From Candidatus Deferrimicrobiaceae bacterium (GTDB taxonomy: Bacteria > Desulfobacterota > Deferrimicrobia > Deferrimicrobiales > Deferrimicrobiaceae), in the NCBI GenBank assembly GCA_963792415.1, contig CAWBVY010000006.1, positions 96,001-160,000 of the forward strand: a stretch of DNA of 64,000 nt, given 5' to 3'. Under the pieces are notes generated by a model that saw only the letters and a list, made by a program, of their open reading frames with translations, had not been told where the DNA came from and searched no databases. Made by a program: the position numbers and the translations under genes. The stretch's first letter is position 1. Each line of letters opens with the position of its first letter. Shown piece after piece: positions 36,890-45,027 of this stretch.

Positions 36890-36918
36890 AGTTTATCCCC
36901 CCCGACGGGGGGTGTCAA
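36890..36918 (-). promoter_or_regulatory. Sigma70-type promoter for argS-SPOR-trp
   Basis: TTGACA-N17-TAAACT about 37 bp upstream of argS. Confidence 0.75.
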
Positions 36919-36935
36919 CGCGCCGGGTCGATGCT

Positions 36936-39026
36936 TCAGCCGGGGTAGACCGTCACCCGGTCGCGGCCGCGCTGCTTGGAGAGGTAAAGGGCCTCGTCGG
37001 CGTGCTTCAGGAGCTCCTCCACTCCGGTCCCGTGATGGGGGGCGCACGCGACGCCGAAGGAGGCCGTGAGGGTGAACTCCTTTCCTTTATGGGCGAAACG
37101 GATCTGCCGGATCTTCCGTCGAAACCGCTCGGCGCCCTCCCGGGCCTGCTCGGGGTCCGCCATGTGGAGGTAGAGCACGAACTCCTCCCCTCCGTATCGC
37201 CCGGCCGTGTCCCCCTTGCGGACTCCCTTGGAGAGTACCGACGCCACGTCCCGCAGCACCACGTCGCCGAACGGGTGCCCGTAGGTGTCGTTGACCCGCT
37301 TGAAGTGGTCGATGTCCAGAATCACGACGCCGCACGGATGCCTTCCGTCCAGCCGCGCGAGGTCCACCTCCAGCCGCTCGAGAAACGCCCTCCGGTTCGA
37401 CAGTCCGGTCAAACCGTCCGTCGTCGCCTTTTTCGTGAGCGACTCGAGCCGTTCGACGTGGGAAAGCCCGAGCTGCATCACCGTCGTGATATCCCGCGCG
37501 ATCTCCACGTGCTGTTTCCGGAATCGTTTCTCCTGCGAGTGGGCACAGACCAGGGCGCCCCGGAACCCAACCCTCCCCTTCACCGGGAGGACCAGGAACG
37601 ACTGCTCCCCATCCCTCTCCCACGATCCCGGAAGGATTCCCTGTGCCCGTGGGGGGGCGGCGGTACCCGGAAACAGGCGCTGCGTTCCGGTGCGGATCAC
37701 CCACCCGACGTAACTGTCCCCGATAGGTTCGTACCTCTCCGGACCCGGCCCGCTTCCCTCCGGCGACGTCGCCCAGGCGACGCGACCGCTCCCCGGGCCT
37801 TGCCCGGATTCGACAAGGAGGACCCGGTCCGCGTCCACCTGGCGGCGGACCTGTTCCGCGGTCTCCGCGTAGACCATCTCCCGCCTCGAACGCACGCCGC
37901 TACCCGCCTCCGGATCCTCTTCCGTCCCCACCTCCGCCATCTTCCGGACCATGCTGTGATACCACTTCCCTCGGAGGTAGTATCGGTCCCCCTGATGCAA
38001 TGCCCGCATCCGATCGATATCGCGCCCGACGAAATGACCCGCAATCTCCATCGCCGGGATCACGGGATCCCGCCACGGGCCCTCCTCGTCGCGGAACGCG
38101 AGAAAAACGCCTTCCACAACCCCCTCCCTGAAGACCGGGACGGCGGCGACGCCGGCAGGGGCGCTCCCGGGACCGCTTTTCCAGGGGGCGTATCGCCTCG
38201 CACCTGGCCCGACCTCGAGAAACGGTTTTCCGAACACGGTAGCCTCCCGAGCGGGGACGTACGTGTCGGGAAGGGAGATCTCCCGGGAGACCGGCGCGTC
38301 GCGGCTCAGCAAGATCCCGTCGTAGAGGGCGGATCCGGGGGATACGGACCGGGCAATGTAGGCGACATGGGAAGCGCCGGTCAGCCCCAACAGGCGATCC
38401 AGCGCCTGCCGGATCCCGTCCTTCCATTCCTCTTCCCTCCGGAGCAGGCTCGATTCCTCGGTCATCTCCCCGTCTGCCGGAAGACCGTCTTTTCCCGAAT
38501 CCTCCCAGGGAAGTACCAATGTCCGGCTCCGGGCGATCGCATCCCGAACACCGTTCACCTCCCGGCCGGCGCTCCGATCCCTTATGCGGACGGCGATGCC
38601 CGCCCCCCCCGCCATCAACGCCATCGGGGAGATGCGGAAAATCTCTTTTTCGATCGGTCCCGGCACCGCGGCCAGCCAGGCGCAGGCGCACAGGATCGCC
38701 GGAACGGAGAGCGACGGGGGGAACTTCAAGGCCAGTCCGAAAAAGAGAGCCGCCGGGACGACGCCGGTCCGGGCGACCGACGGAACGAACGCGTGGATCT
38801 CCATGGCCGCGACGGCACCCCAGAGGAAAAGGGGAAGCAGGTCGGGGACGCGGTCGTCCCGGTTTCGATCCAGAAGATACGCGACGAAGAGGTACGCGGT
38901 CGCGATCGGTCCGATCGCAGCGAAAAGGAGGAAAGGAACCCCACCCGGGATCCGCTCCCGAAGAAGGAAAAGGGCAAGGAGGTACGCCGGCGCGGAAAGC
39001 CCAGCTGCGTATCGAAAGCGCTTCAA
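36936..39026 (-). CDS. Membrane-anchored GAF-domain diguanylate cyclase (GGDEF)
   Basis: Several N-terminal hydrophobic helices, two GAF-like segments, TDGLTGLSNRR, DIDHFKRVNDTYGH..GD, RKGD I-site, GGEEF. Start uncertain (TTG 39026 preferred; ORF is open to 39098). Confidence 0.9.
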   Translation of the reverse strand: MKRFRYAAGLSAPAYLLALFLLRERIPGGVPFLLFAAIGPIATAYLFVAYLLDRNRDDRVPDLLPLFLWGAVAAMEIHAFVPSVARTGVVPAALFFGLALKFPPSLSVPAILCACAWLAAVPGPIEKEIFRISPMALMAGGAGIAVRIRDRSAGREVNGVRDAIARSRTLVLPWEDSGKDGLPADGEMTEESSLLRREEEWKDGIRQALDRLLGLTGASHVAYIARSVSPGSALYDGILLSRDAPVSREISLPDTYVPAREATVFGKPFLEVGPGARRYAPWKSGPGSAPAGVAAVPVFREGVVEGVFLAFRDEEGPWRDPVIPAMEIAGHFVGRDIDRMRALHQGDRYYLRGKWYHSMVRKMAEVGTEEDPEAGSGVRSRREMVYAETAEQVRRQVDADRVLLVESGQGPGSGRVAWATSPEGSGPGPERYEPIGDSYVGWVIRTGTQRLFPGTAAPPRAQGILPGSWERDGEQSFLVLPVKGRVGFRGALVCAHSQEKRFRKQHVEIARDITTVMQLGLSHVERLESLTKKATTDGLTGLSNRRAFLERLEVDLARLDGRHPCGVVILDIDHFKRVNDTYGHPFGDVVLRDVASVLSKGVRKGDTAGRYGGEEFVLYLHMADPEQAREGAERFRRKIRQIRFAHKGKEFTLTASFGVACAPHHGTGVEELLKHADEALYLSKQRGRDRVTVYPG

Positions 39027-39044
39027 TGCGTCACGACGCTCTAA

Positions 39045-39354
39045 GTGCTTCAATTCATGATGCGGCAACGTACCGGGAAGACACCACGGAAGTCGCACTC
39101 AACAGAAGGGCCCGGCGGAGTCGCCGCAGGAGGGAGGGGAACGGTGCCGGGGCGGATGCAGCGGGCCTCGAATGCCGGGATCTGAGGGAATGGAGCCCTG
39201 AAGGCCGGTGCGCAGCCGAGCTGGTTCATCGCACGGCGAGCCACGAACGGAACTTCGCCCTCCGAGGCAGCGCAGCCCGGAGTGGAGTCCGGCAGGAGCA
39301 GCGCCTTCCGGGACCGCTCCTTGGATTCGTTGCCGAATTCATGAAATGTGCCAC
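39045..39354. mobile_element. Putative MITE-like non-coding element with imperfect ~27-bp terminal inverted repeats and flanking TAA direct repeat
   Basis: Left end GTGCTTCAATTCATGATGCGGCAACG versus reverse complement of right end GTGGCACATTTCATGAATTCGGCAACG; TAA at 39042-39044 and 39355-39357. Confidence 0.55.
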
Positions 39355-39734
39355 TAAGGACGTTTTGCCCCGGGTTTGGGGGGGACTTGCGGACGGGTTT
39401 CCTGCCGCCCGGGAACCACGATGATGTTCTCCCCCTCCTTGATGAGGCCGAGCCGGCGGGCCTCCTGCTCGATGACCGCCGGGTTGCCGCGCAGATCCTC
39501 GACCGTGCGCTTGAGCAGCGCGTTCTCCTGTCGAAGCTTTTCGACCTCCACTTGAAGCTGGCGCTCCGTATTGCGGAGCCTCCAGCTGTCCACGATCCCC
39601 ATGTCGCGAAAGAGCGAGATGAAGATCGCCGCGATCACCAGGGCCGCCGCGATGAACAGCGGCAGTCGGCGCTTTTTCCGGTTCGGATCCTTCAGGGGGA
39701 TCGTCATGTCGGTCAGTCTTTTGTTTTGTCTCAT
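39354..39734 (-). CDS. ftsB: Septum formation initiator, FtsB/DivIC family
   Basis: Basic N-terminus, TM helix, coiled coil, IEQEARRLGLIKEGE motif. Confidence 0.85.
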   Translation of the reverse strand: MRQNKRLTDMTIPLKDPNRKKRRLPLFIAAALVIAAIFISLFRDMGIVDSWRLRNTERQLQVEVEKLRQENALLKRTVEDLRGNPAVIEQEARRLGLIKEGENIIVVPGRQETRPQVPPKPGAKRP

Positions 39735-39779
39735 GGTCCGTGGAACATCATATCCGAAAAACCCGTTTCCGTTCGACGG

Positions 39780-41045
39780 TCAAAAATTCACGGCGACGGT
39801 GCCTCCCGAGGAACTGCCGCTCCCGCTGCCGCTTCCGCCGCCACCACCACCCGCCCCGAACGCGGCTGCCACTCCGACAACCAGGGCAACCCCCCAGAAC
39901 CACCGGCTTTTGTACCAAGGTCTCTCCGGTGGTTCCACTCTGGGCCACCCGTTCGCGGCGAGGGTGTCGGCGACCCACTTCCCGGAGATCTCCGCCCCCT
40001 CTTTCCCCCCGGGGAGGGACGTCTCCCCGAGGAGGGCCGGATCAAGGCCCGCCGGCCTTCCGACGTAGAGCCGTGCGCGCAGCCCTCCGACGGTCACCCC
40101 CTTTTCGAGCATCAGGATCGCGATCCGCGGGGTCCCGGCCGCGTCGGAGAGCTCCTCTACCAGGGGACCCGCGCCTCCGCCTTTTCCAGGCCCGGCGTCG
40201 GCAAGAAGTTCGCCGAGGCGAGCCACCCGATCCCCCGGAAGGGAGAAGCGCAATATCTCCGTGTCCCCCGGAAGCCATTGACCGGTCGTTTCGGCATCCT
40301 TGTATCCCGGATGGGAGACACGGATCCGTACCGGCGCGATTTTTTTCGTTCGAACCCGTGCCGGGGTGGTTCCACGACGCTCTTCATCGACGAAGATCTG
40401 CGCACCGGAGGGGAGCGACTCGACCAGGAGTTCCGCCTCGGGCACGGGGCGGTGCCCTGTCGCATCCCACGCGGACAGTACCTGGGGGGAAAACAGGGCG
40501 GGGTCCGGGGTGAAGCCCGGACGCAAGGCCCGAACGCGGGAAAAGAGCGCCTCGGCGTCGGATGCCTTCCCCTCCCAGAGACGGAGGATCCCCAACCGGA
40601 GAAAGATCTCCGCGAGGAAGGGGCGTGTCGCCTCCGTGAACCGGTACGAACGGCACTCCTTTTCAACCTCCTCGAGAACACGTTCCGCAGCGGCGTTCTC
40701 GACCCGCTCCATCATTTCGGAGGCGCGGGACACCTTCCCGGCGATCCGTCGCAGGGCCGCGTCGTCCGGAACCGGTATATCCGCTGTGGTCGAAACCTTC
40801 CCGGAAGGCTCCATCGGAACGGGGATCCACCGGATCCGGAGTTCCTTCGCGACGATCGCGGGAATCGGGTCGAGTACCTCGCGCGCCGAGCGATCGGGCA
40901 GATCCGGCGCGGCGTATTTCAGCAGGAGCGCGGGCTCCGTCGATGGGCCGGCCTCCGCGGTTGCGACCGCCGGCGCCGATGGCCAGAGCAGCGCTCCGCA
41001 CAGGAGAAGCGCGATGGCCCTACGTCGGCTTGACGTAGATCTCAT
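39780..41045 (-). CDS. Exported TPR-like/PEGA-domain protein with C-terminal PWY..WFW hydrophobic tail
   Basis: Signal peptide; helical region with FTPDPALFSPQV; PEGA motif VESLPSGAQIFVD...GTTP...HPGY; C-terminal PWYKSRWFWGVALVVGVAAAFGAGGGG. Confidence 0.8.
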   Translation of the reverse strand: MRSTSSRRRAIALLLCGALLWPSAPAVATAEAGPSTEPALLLKYAAPDLPDRSAREVLDPIPAIVAKELRIRWIPVPMEPSGKVSTTADIPVPDDAALRRIAGKVSRASEMMERVENAAAERVLEEVEKECRSYRFTEATRPFLAEIFLRLGILRLWEGKASDAEALFSRVRALRPGFTPDPALFSPQVLSAWDATGHRPVPEAELLVESLPSGAQIFVDEERRGTTPARVRTKKIAPVRIRVSHPGYKDAETTGQWLPGDTEILRFSLPGDRVARLGELLADAGPGKGGGAGPLVEELSDAAGTPRIAILMLEKGVTVGGLRARLYVGRPAGLDPALLGETSLPGGKEGAEISGKWVADTLAANGWPRVEPPERPWYKSRWFWGVALVVGVAAAFGAGGGGGGSGSGSGSSSGGTVAVNF

Positions 41046-41667
41046 CCGTGATGTCCCGGTCGACTGCGACCGTCGTCTGCCCGATCTCGAGCACGAAGGA
41101 AGGGTTCCGCTGGAGAAGGCGAATCCTGCTGCCGGGAACGATCCCGAGGGCGGAGAGCTTCTCCAGGCGCTTCTTCGAACGCGGGGTGATGAAGACGATC
41201 CGCACGGTGCCCCCGAGGGACGCCTCGGTCAGTCGCATGACGAGGGGTCGGATCTCCGTCCGGATCCGGTCGCAGCACTCCCCCCTCGGGATCGGACGGC
41301 CGTGCGGGCATGCGGGGGGGTGGCCGAGAAAGGTGCACACGCTCTCGACCACGGGCTCGGAGAGGATATGCTCGAACTGGCAGGCGCTGTTTTCCAGTTG
41401 AGGGTCGTCCAGATCAAACAGATTGTGCAACAGCACCTCCGCGAGACGGTGACGCCGGATGATCCCGCGGGCGCGATCCTCCCCGCTCTTCGTGAGGAGG
41501 ATCTCTTCTCCCGAGACTTCGACCATGCGGGCCTCGACCAGCTCATCGAGCAGGCGTTCGGGGCCCGGCTCCGGAGAGGTCCGCAGCACCTCCGAGCGGC
41601 TCGCTTTCTGCGCTTCCCGAAGGGTCCAGAGAAGTTCGAGGATCTCGTCCTGGCCATGCTCGGTCAT
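41020..41667 (-). CDS. DtxR/MntR-family metal-dependent regulator fused to a FeoA domain
   Basis: LTKSG...IIRRHRLAE, ACQFEH and CPHGRPIP (DtxR dimerization/metal domain); C-terminal LSALGIVPG...VAVDRDITDEIYV FeoA/SH3-like domain. Confidence 0.88.
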   Translation of the reverse strand: MTEHGQDEILELLWTLREAQKASRSEVLRTSPEPGPERLLDELVEARMVEVSGEEILLTKSGEDRARGIIRRHRLAEVLLHNLFDLDDPQLENSACQFEHILSEPVVESVCTFLGHPPACPHGRPIPRGECCDRIRTEIRPLVMRLTEASLGGTVRIVFITPRSKKRLEKLSALGIVPGSRIRLLQRNPSFVLEIGQTTVAVDRDITDEIYVKPT

Positions 41668-41852
41668 TTCCGGATTCCTTTCGCGAAAAGGCCCTTCACG
41701 AAGTTCACCACCTTCGACTCGGGCATGGGGAAAGAGTATCCGCATCGCGGGCAACAGACAAGCGTGCATCCTTTACTCATGGGGCACCCGGAGCGGCAGG
41801 CGCGATCCGCAGGATCGATCTCGCACTGGCACAGAGGGCACCGGATCTTCAC
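41664..41852 (-). CDS. Small Cys-rich protein (62 aa)
   Basis: CPLCQC...CRSGCPMSKGC..VCCPRCGY; GGGGGGAA SD before a GTG start; stop overlaps the start of the DtxR/FeoA gene. Confidence 0.8.
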   Translation of the reverse strand: MKIRCPLCQCEIDPADRACRSGCPMSKGCTLVCCPRCGYSFPMPESKVVNFVKGLFAKGIRK

Positions 41853-41868
41853 GTCGTTCCCCCCCGGA

Positions 41869-43839
41869 TCAAAACGTGATCCCCGCCCACCGCGAGAAGT
41901 AGTTGAGCGCCGCGCCGACCAGCACGGCGAAGGGGAAGATGAAGAGGGACATTCCGATCGCCACCTTCGCTCCGTGTTCCTTGACGATCACGAGGAGATT
42001 CGCGAGGCACGGCATGAAAAGCGTCATGGTGACAAGGCTCACCACCACCTGGAGATGCGTGAGCATCCCCCCCTTCGCCATGCTGTAGAGCCCCGCCGCC
42101 CCGTAATCCCTGCGCAGAAATCCGATCAGGAACGCCTCCGTCGCCTTCGGGGGCAGGTCGAGCAGATGGACGATCAGCGGTTCCGCCGCGGCCTGGATCC
42201 ATTGCATCCATCCCAGTCGGTCGAAGGTGAAGAGAACGAGGGTGCCGACGAGGAAAAGGGGAACCGCCTCCCGCAGGTACCATTCGATCCGCGCCATCGT
42301 TTTTATTCCGAGGTTCCCCAACTGGGGCCAGCGTATGGGCGGAATCTCGAGGATGAAGTCCGACGACTCCCCGGGGATCACCTTCGAGGCGAGGAAACCG
42401 ACGGCGAGGATGACCCCCACCATCAGGCCGACCCAGGTGATCGTCGCGACCGGACCGACGTCCGACAACATCCCGAGAATCACCCCCAGCTGCGCCGAGC
42501 ACGGGACCCCCAGCGCCAGCAGCAGCGTGATGATCACCCGCTCCCTGCGCGTCTCGAGGATCCGCGTGGTCAAGGTCGCCATCGTGTCGCACCCAAGCCC
42601 GAGGATCATCGGAAGCACCGCCTTGCCGTTGCAGCCGATCTTCTTGAAGAGGCGATCCACCATCACCGCGAGACGGGGCAGGTACCCGGAGTCCTCCAGG
42701 ATCCCGAACCCGAGGAAAAAGGTGCCCACGATCGGGAGGACGATTGCGACGGCGTACGACAGGGCCATGGAGATCATCCCGTACGGCCCCACCAGGAAGT
42801 CCCGCAGGAACGGCAAGGGAACGAACCGGTCGAGGATCGCGGCGACGGAGGGGATGACCCAGCGTTCGAAGAACGACTTCTGCAGGAGGTCGACGAGGGT
42901 TCCCGCGCCGAACACCCCGACGAACCCGTAGGCGAGGGCCAGGACGCCCAGCAGGATGGGAAACCCGTAAACGGGGTCCATGGCATACCGGCCGAACGCC
43001 TGCGCGATTTTTCTCGAGGAAGGGGCCGACGCCTCCATCCCGAGATCGACGAGCAACCGGTCGATCCAGGAGAGACGCGCCCGGTTCACGCGGGAGACGA
43101 TCTCCTCTCCCGTCCCCTCGAGGAGCCGGTTCCTTACGTCGTTCATCTCCCGGATCCCGACGGCGGACACGTTCTCCGAGAGCCACGGAACGAGGGAATC
43201 GTCGCCGCACAGGAGCATGATCGCCAGCGCCCTCTTCCCGATCGGCGTTCGCGGCGGGAGGATCCCTTCCATCCGGAGGATGGCCGTTTCGATCGCGTTT
43301 CCGTAGTCGATCCTCACCGAGGACGGGGACGGGTGTTCGAGAAGGGGGAGAAGGCGATCCGTCCCCTTTTTCCGGACCGCTACCGTGGCAACCGCCGGGA
43401 CCCCGAGGCGCTCTTCGAGGGTTTCCAGCCGGGGCATCACCCCCCGCTCCCGCGCTTCGTCCGTCATGTTGACGGCGAGCACGAGCGGAACCTCCATCTC
43501 GGAGAGCTGCGCGGTGATCATCAGGGAGCGGCGCATGTTCTTGGCGTCGCAGACCTGCAGGACCCGCGCGCCGGGTTCCCGCATCAGGATATCCCGCGTG
43601 ACCCGCTCGTCCTCGGACATGGGAAGCAGGGAATACACGCCGGGGGTGTCGATCACCTCGAGCGGGGTCCCCCGGTCGCGCGCCTCCCCGCGTGTGATCT
43701 CCACCGTCGTGCCGGGATAGTTCGAGACGTTCACGTACCGTCCGGTGAGGGCGCCGAAAACGACGCTCTTTCCCACGTTGGGGTTTCCCACCAGGATCAC
43801 GGCGCCCAGCGGTCCGAGGGGGGCCCTTGCGGCGTTCAC
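41869..43839 (-). CDS. feoB: Ferrous iron transport protein B
   Basis: G1 GNPNVGKS, G2 NYPGTT, G3 DTPG, G4 NMTD; membrane gate motifs LEDSGYLPR, GLGC, VPCSAQ, MPC; GTGA overlap with the fur stop. Confidence 0.95.
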   Translation of the reverse strand: MNAARAPLGPLGAVILVGNPNVGKSVVFGALTGRYVNVSNYPGTTVEITRGEARDRGTPLEVIDTPGVYSLLPMSEDERVTRDILMREPGARVLQVCDAKNMRRSLMITAQLSEMEVPLVLAVNMTDEARERGVMPRLETLEERLGVPAVATVAVRKKGTDRLLPLLEHPSPSSVRIDYGNAIETAILRMEGILPPRTPIGKRALAIMLLCGDDSLVPWLSENVSAVGIREMNDVRNRLLEGTGEEIVSRVNRARLSWIDRLLVDLGMEASAPSSRKIAQAFGRYAMDPVYGFPILLGVLALAYGFVGVFGAGTLVDLLQKSFFERWVIPSVAAILDRFVPLPFLRDFLVGPYGMISMALSYAVAIVLPIVGTFFLGFGILEDSGYLPRLAVMVDRLFKKIGCNGKAVLPMILGLGCDTMATLTTRILETRRERVIITLLLALGVPCSAQLGVILGMLSDVGPVATITWVGLMVGVILAVGFLASKVIPGESSDFILEIPPIRWPQLGNLGIKTMARIEWYLREAVPLFLVGTLVLFTFDRLGWMQWIQAAAEPLIVHLLDLPPKATEAFLIGFLRRDYGAAGLYSMAKGGMLTHLQVVVSLVTMTLFMPCLANLLVIVKEHGAKVAIGMSLFIFPFAVLVGAALNYFSRWAGITF

Positions 43840-44285
43840 CGAGACCTCTCCGGAGCGCCGCCGGAGGCGCATTTCCTGCAGAAACCGTAGATTTCCAGAC
43901 GGTGCGCGGTCGGATGGAACCCGTGCCGCCGGGTCACGAGGTCCTGGAGATTCTCGATCTCCCTGTCCTCGAACTCGATGACCGTTCCGCACTGCCGGCA
44001 GACAAGGTGGTCGTGGTGCGGGGACAGGTTGCTTTCATACCGCCGTGCCCCTTCCCCGAAATCGAGTTCTTTCGCGTATCCGAGCCGTTCGAGGAGCTTC
44101 AGCGTCCGGTAGACCGTCACCGCTCCGATCCCCGGGGCGGTTTCCCGGACGGAGCGCGTGAGTTGATCGATCGTTACGTGATCCCTCGCGCGGAAGAATC
44201 CCTCGATCACGATCGCACGGCTGCGGCTCCTCTTGCCTCCGGCGGCCAGGATCTCGCGGTCGATCCGTTCGAGGAGTCGCTTCAA
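43836..44285 (-). CDS. fur: Fur-family transcriptional regulator
   Basis: TVYRTLKLL, HHDHLVCRQCG, HRLEIYGFCRKC. Confidence 0.92.
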   Translation of the reverse strand: MKRLLERIDREILAAGGKRSRSRAIVIEGFFRARDHVTIDQLTRSVRETAPGIGAVTVYRTLKLLERLGYAKELDFGEGARRYESNLSPHHDHLVCRQCGTVIEFEDREIENLQDLVTRRHGFHPTAHRLEIYGFCRKCASGGAPERSR

Positions 44286-44309
44286 CGGGCGGGACGCCTT
44301 CCATTATTG

Positions 44310-44356
44310 ATGATGAAATTCGATTTCATCATAGCCCCCGATTCCTTTCCCGTCAA
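44310..44356 (-). promoter_or_regulatory. Sigma70 promoter with overlapping palindromic operator (Fur-box-like)
   Basis: TTGACG (44356-44351)-N17-TATGAT (44333-44328); perfect 10-3-10 inverted repeat ATGATGAAAT-TCG-ATTTCATCAT at 44310-44332 overlaps the -10 and +1 region. Confidence 0.82.
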
Positions 44357-44392
44357 GACGATCCTCCGGCAGGCGACCGGGCGCCCGAAATG

Positions 44393-44416
44393 AAAACGGC
44401 CCCGAAGGGCCGTTTT
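44393..44416 (-). terminator. Rho-independent terminator after rplQ
   Basis: AAAACGGCCC-CGAA-GGGCCGTTTT hairpin with A/T tails, about 35 bp downstream of rplQ. Confidence 0.8.
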
Positions 44417-44450
44417 CCGAGGTTCCGATCCGCCGTTCCGGAAAGGGAAT

Positions 44451-45002
44451 CTACCCCTGTCCGCCTTCGGGCGTCTTCTGGGTCTGTGAACGCGAGGAAC
44501 GAGGTTTCGTCGGCTTCGGCGCGGCCGGTTTCGTTTTTTTCGATGCCGGCCTCGAAACCTCCTTCTCTTCCTTCTTCTTCACCGCGGTTTTTGCCGGCGC
44601 CTTCTTCGCGGCCGCTTTTTTCTTCTTACCGCCGACTTTCTTCTCCTCTACCGGCAGGTACTCGATGATCGCCATCTCGGCGCCGTCCCCGACCCGGAAG
44701 CCGGTCCGGACGATCCGGGTGTAGCCGCCCTGCCGCCCGACGAATCGGCCCGCCAGCGTGGCGAACAGCTTGTCGGTCGCCTCCTTGTCGGTCAGGAGGG
44801 AAAAGACCCGGCGGCGCGAATGGAGCGTGCCGGCTTTCCCGAGAGTGATCAGGCGGTCGGCGAGCGGCCGCAGCTCCTTGGCTTTCGAAACGGTGGTCTC
44901 GATCCGCTCGGCGTGAACGAGCGCATTCATCAGGTTCCGCAGCAGCGCCTTGCGGTGCGCGGGCTTCCTTCCAAGTTTCCTGTGGTCGATTCCATGGCGC
45001 AT
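44451..45002 (-). CDS. rplQ: 50S ribosomal protein L17 with Lys/Ala/Pro-rich C-terminal extension
   Basis: MRHGIDHRKLGR...GGYTRI...GDGAEMAIIE. Confidence 0.96.
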   Translation of the reverse strand: MRHGIDHRKLGRKPAHRKALLRNLMNALVHAERIETTVSKAKELRPLADRLITLGKAGTLHSRRRVFSLLTDKEATDKLFATLAGRFVGRQGGYTRIVRTGFRVGDGAEMAIIEYLPVEEKKVGGKKKKAAAKKAPAKTAVKKKEEKEVSRPASKKTKPAAPKPTKPRSSRSQTQKTPEGGQG

Positions 45003-45027
45003 AGAAAATCCTCGTTCCTTCGGTTGG

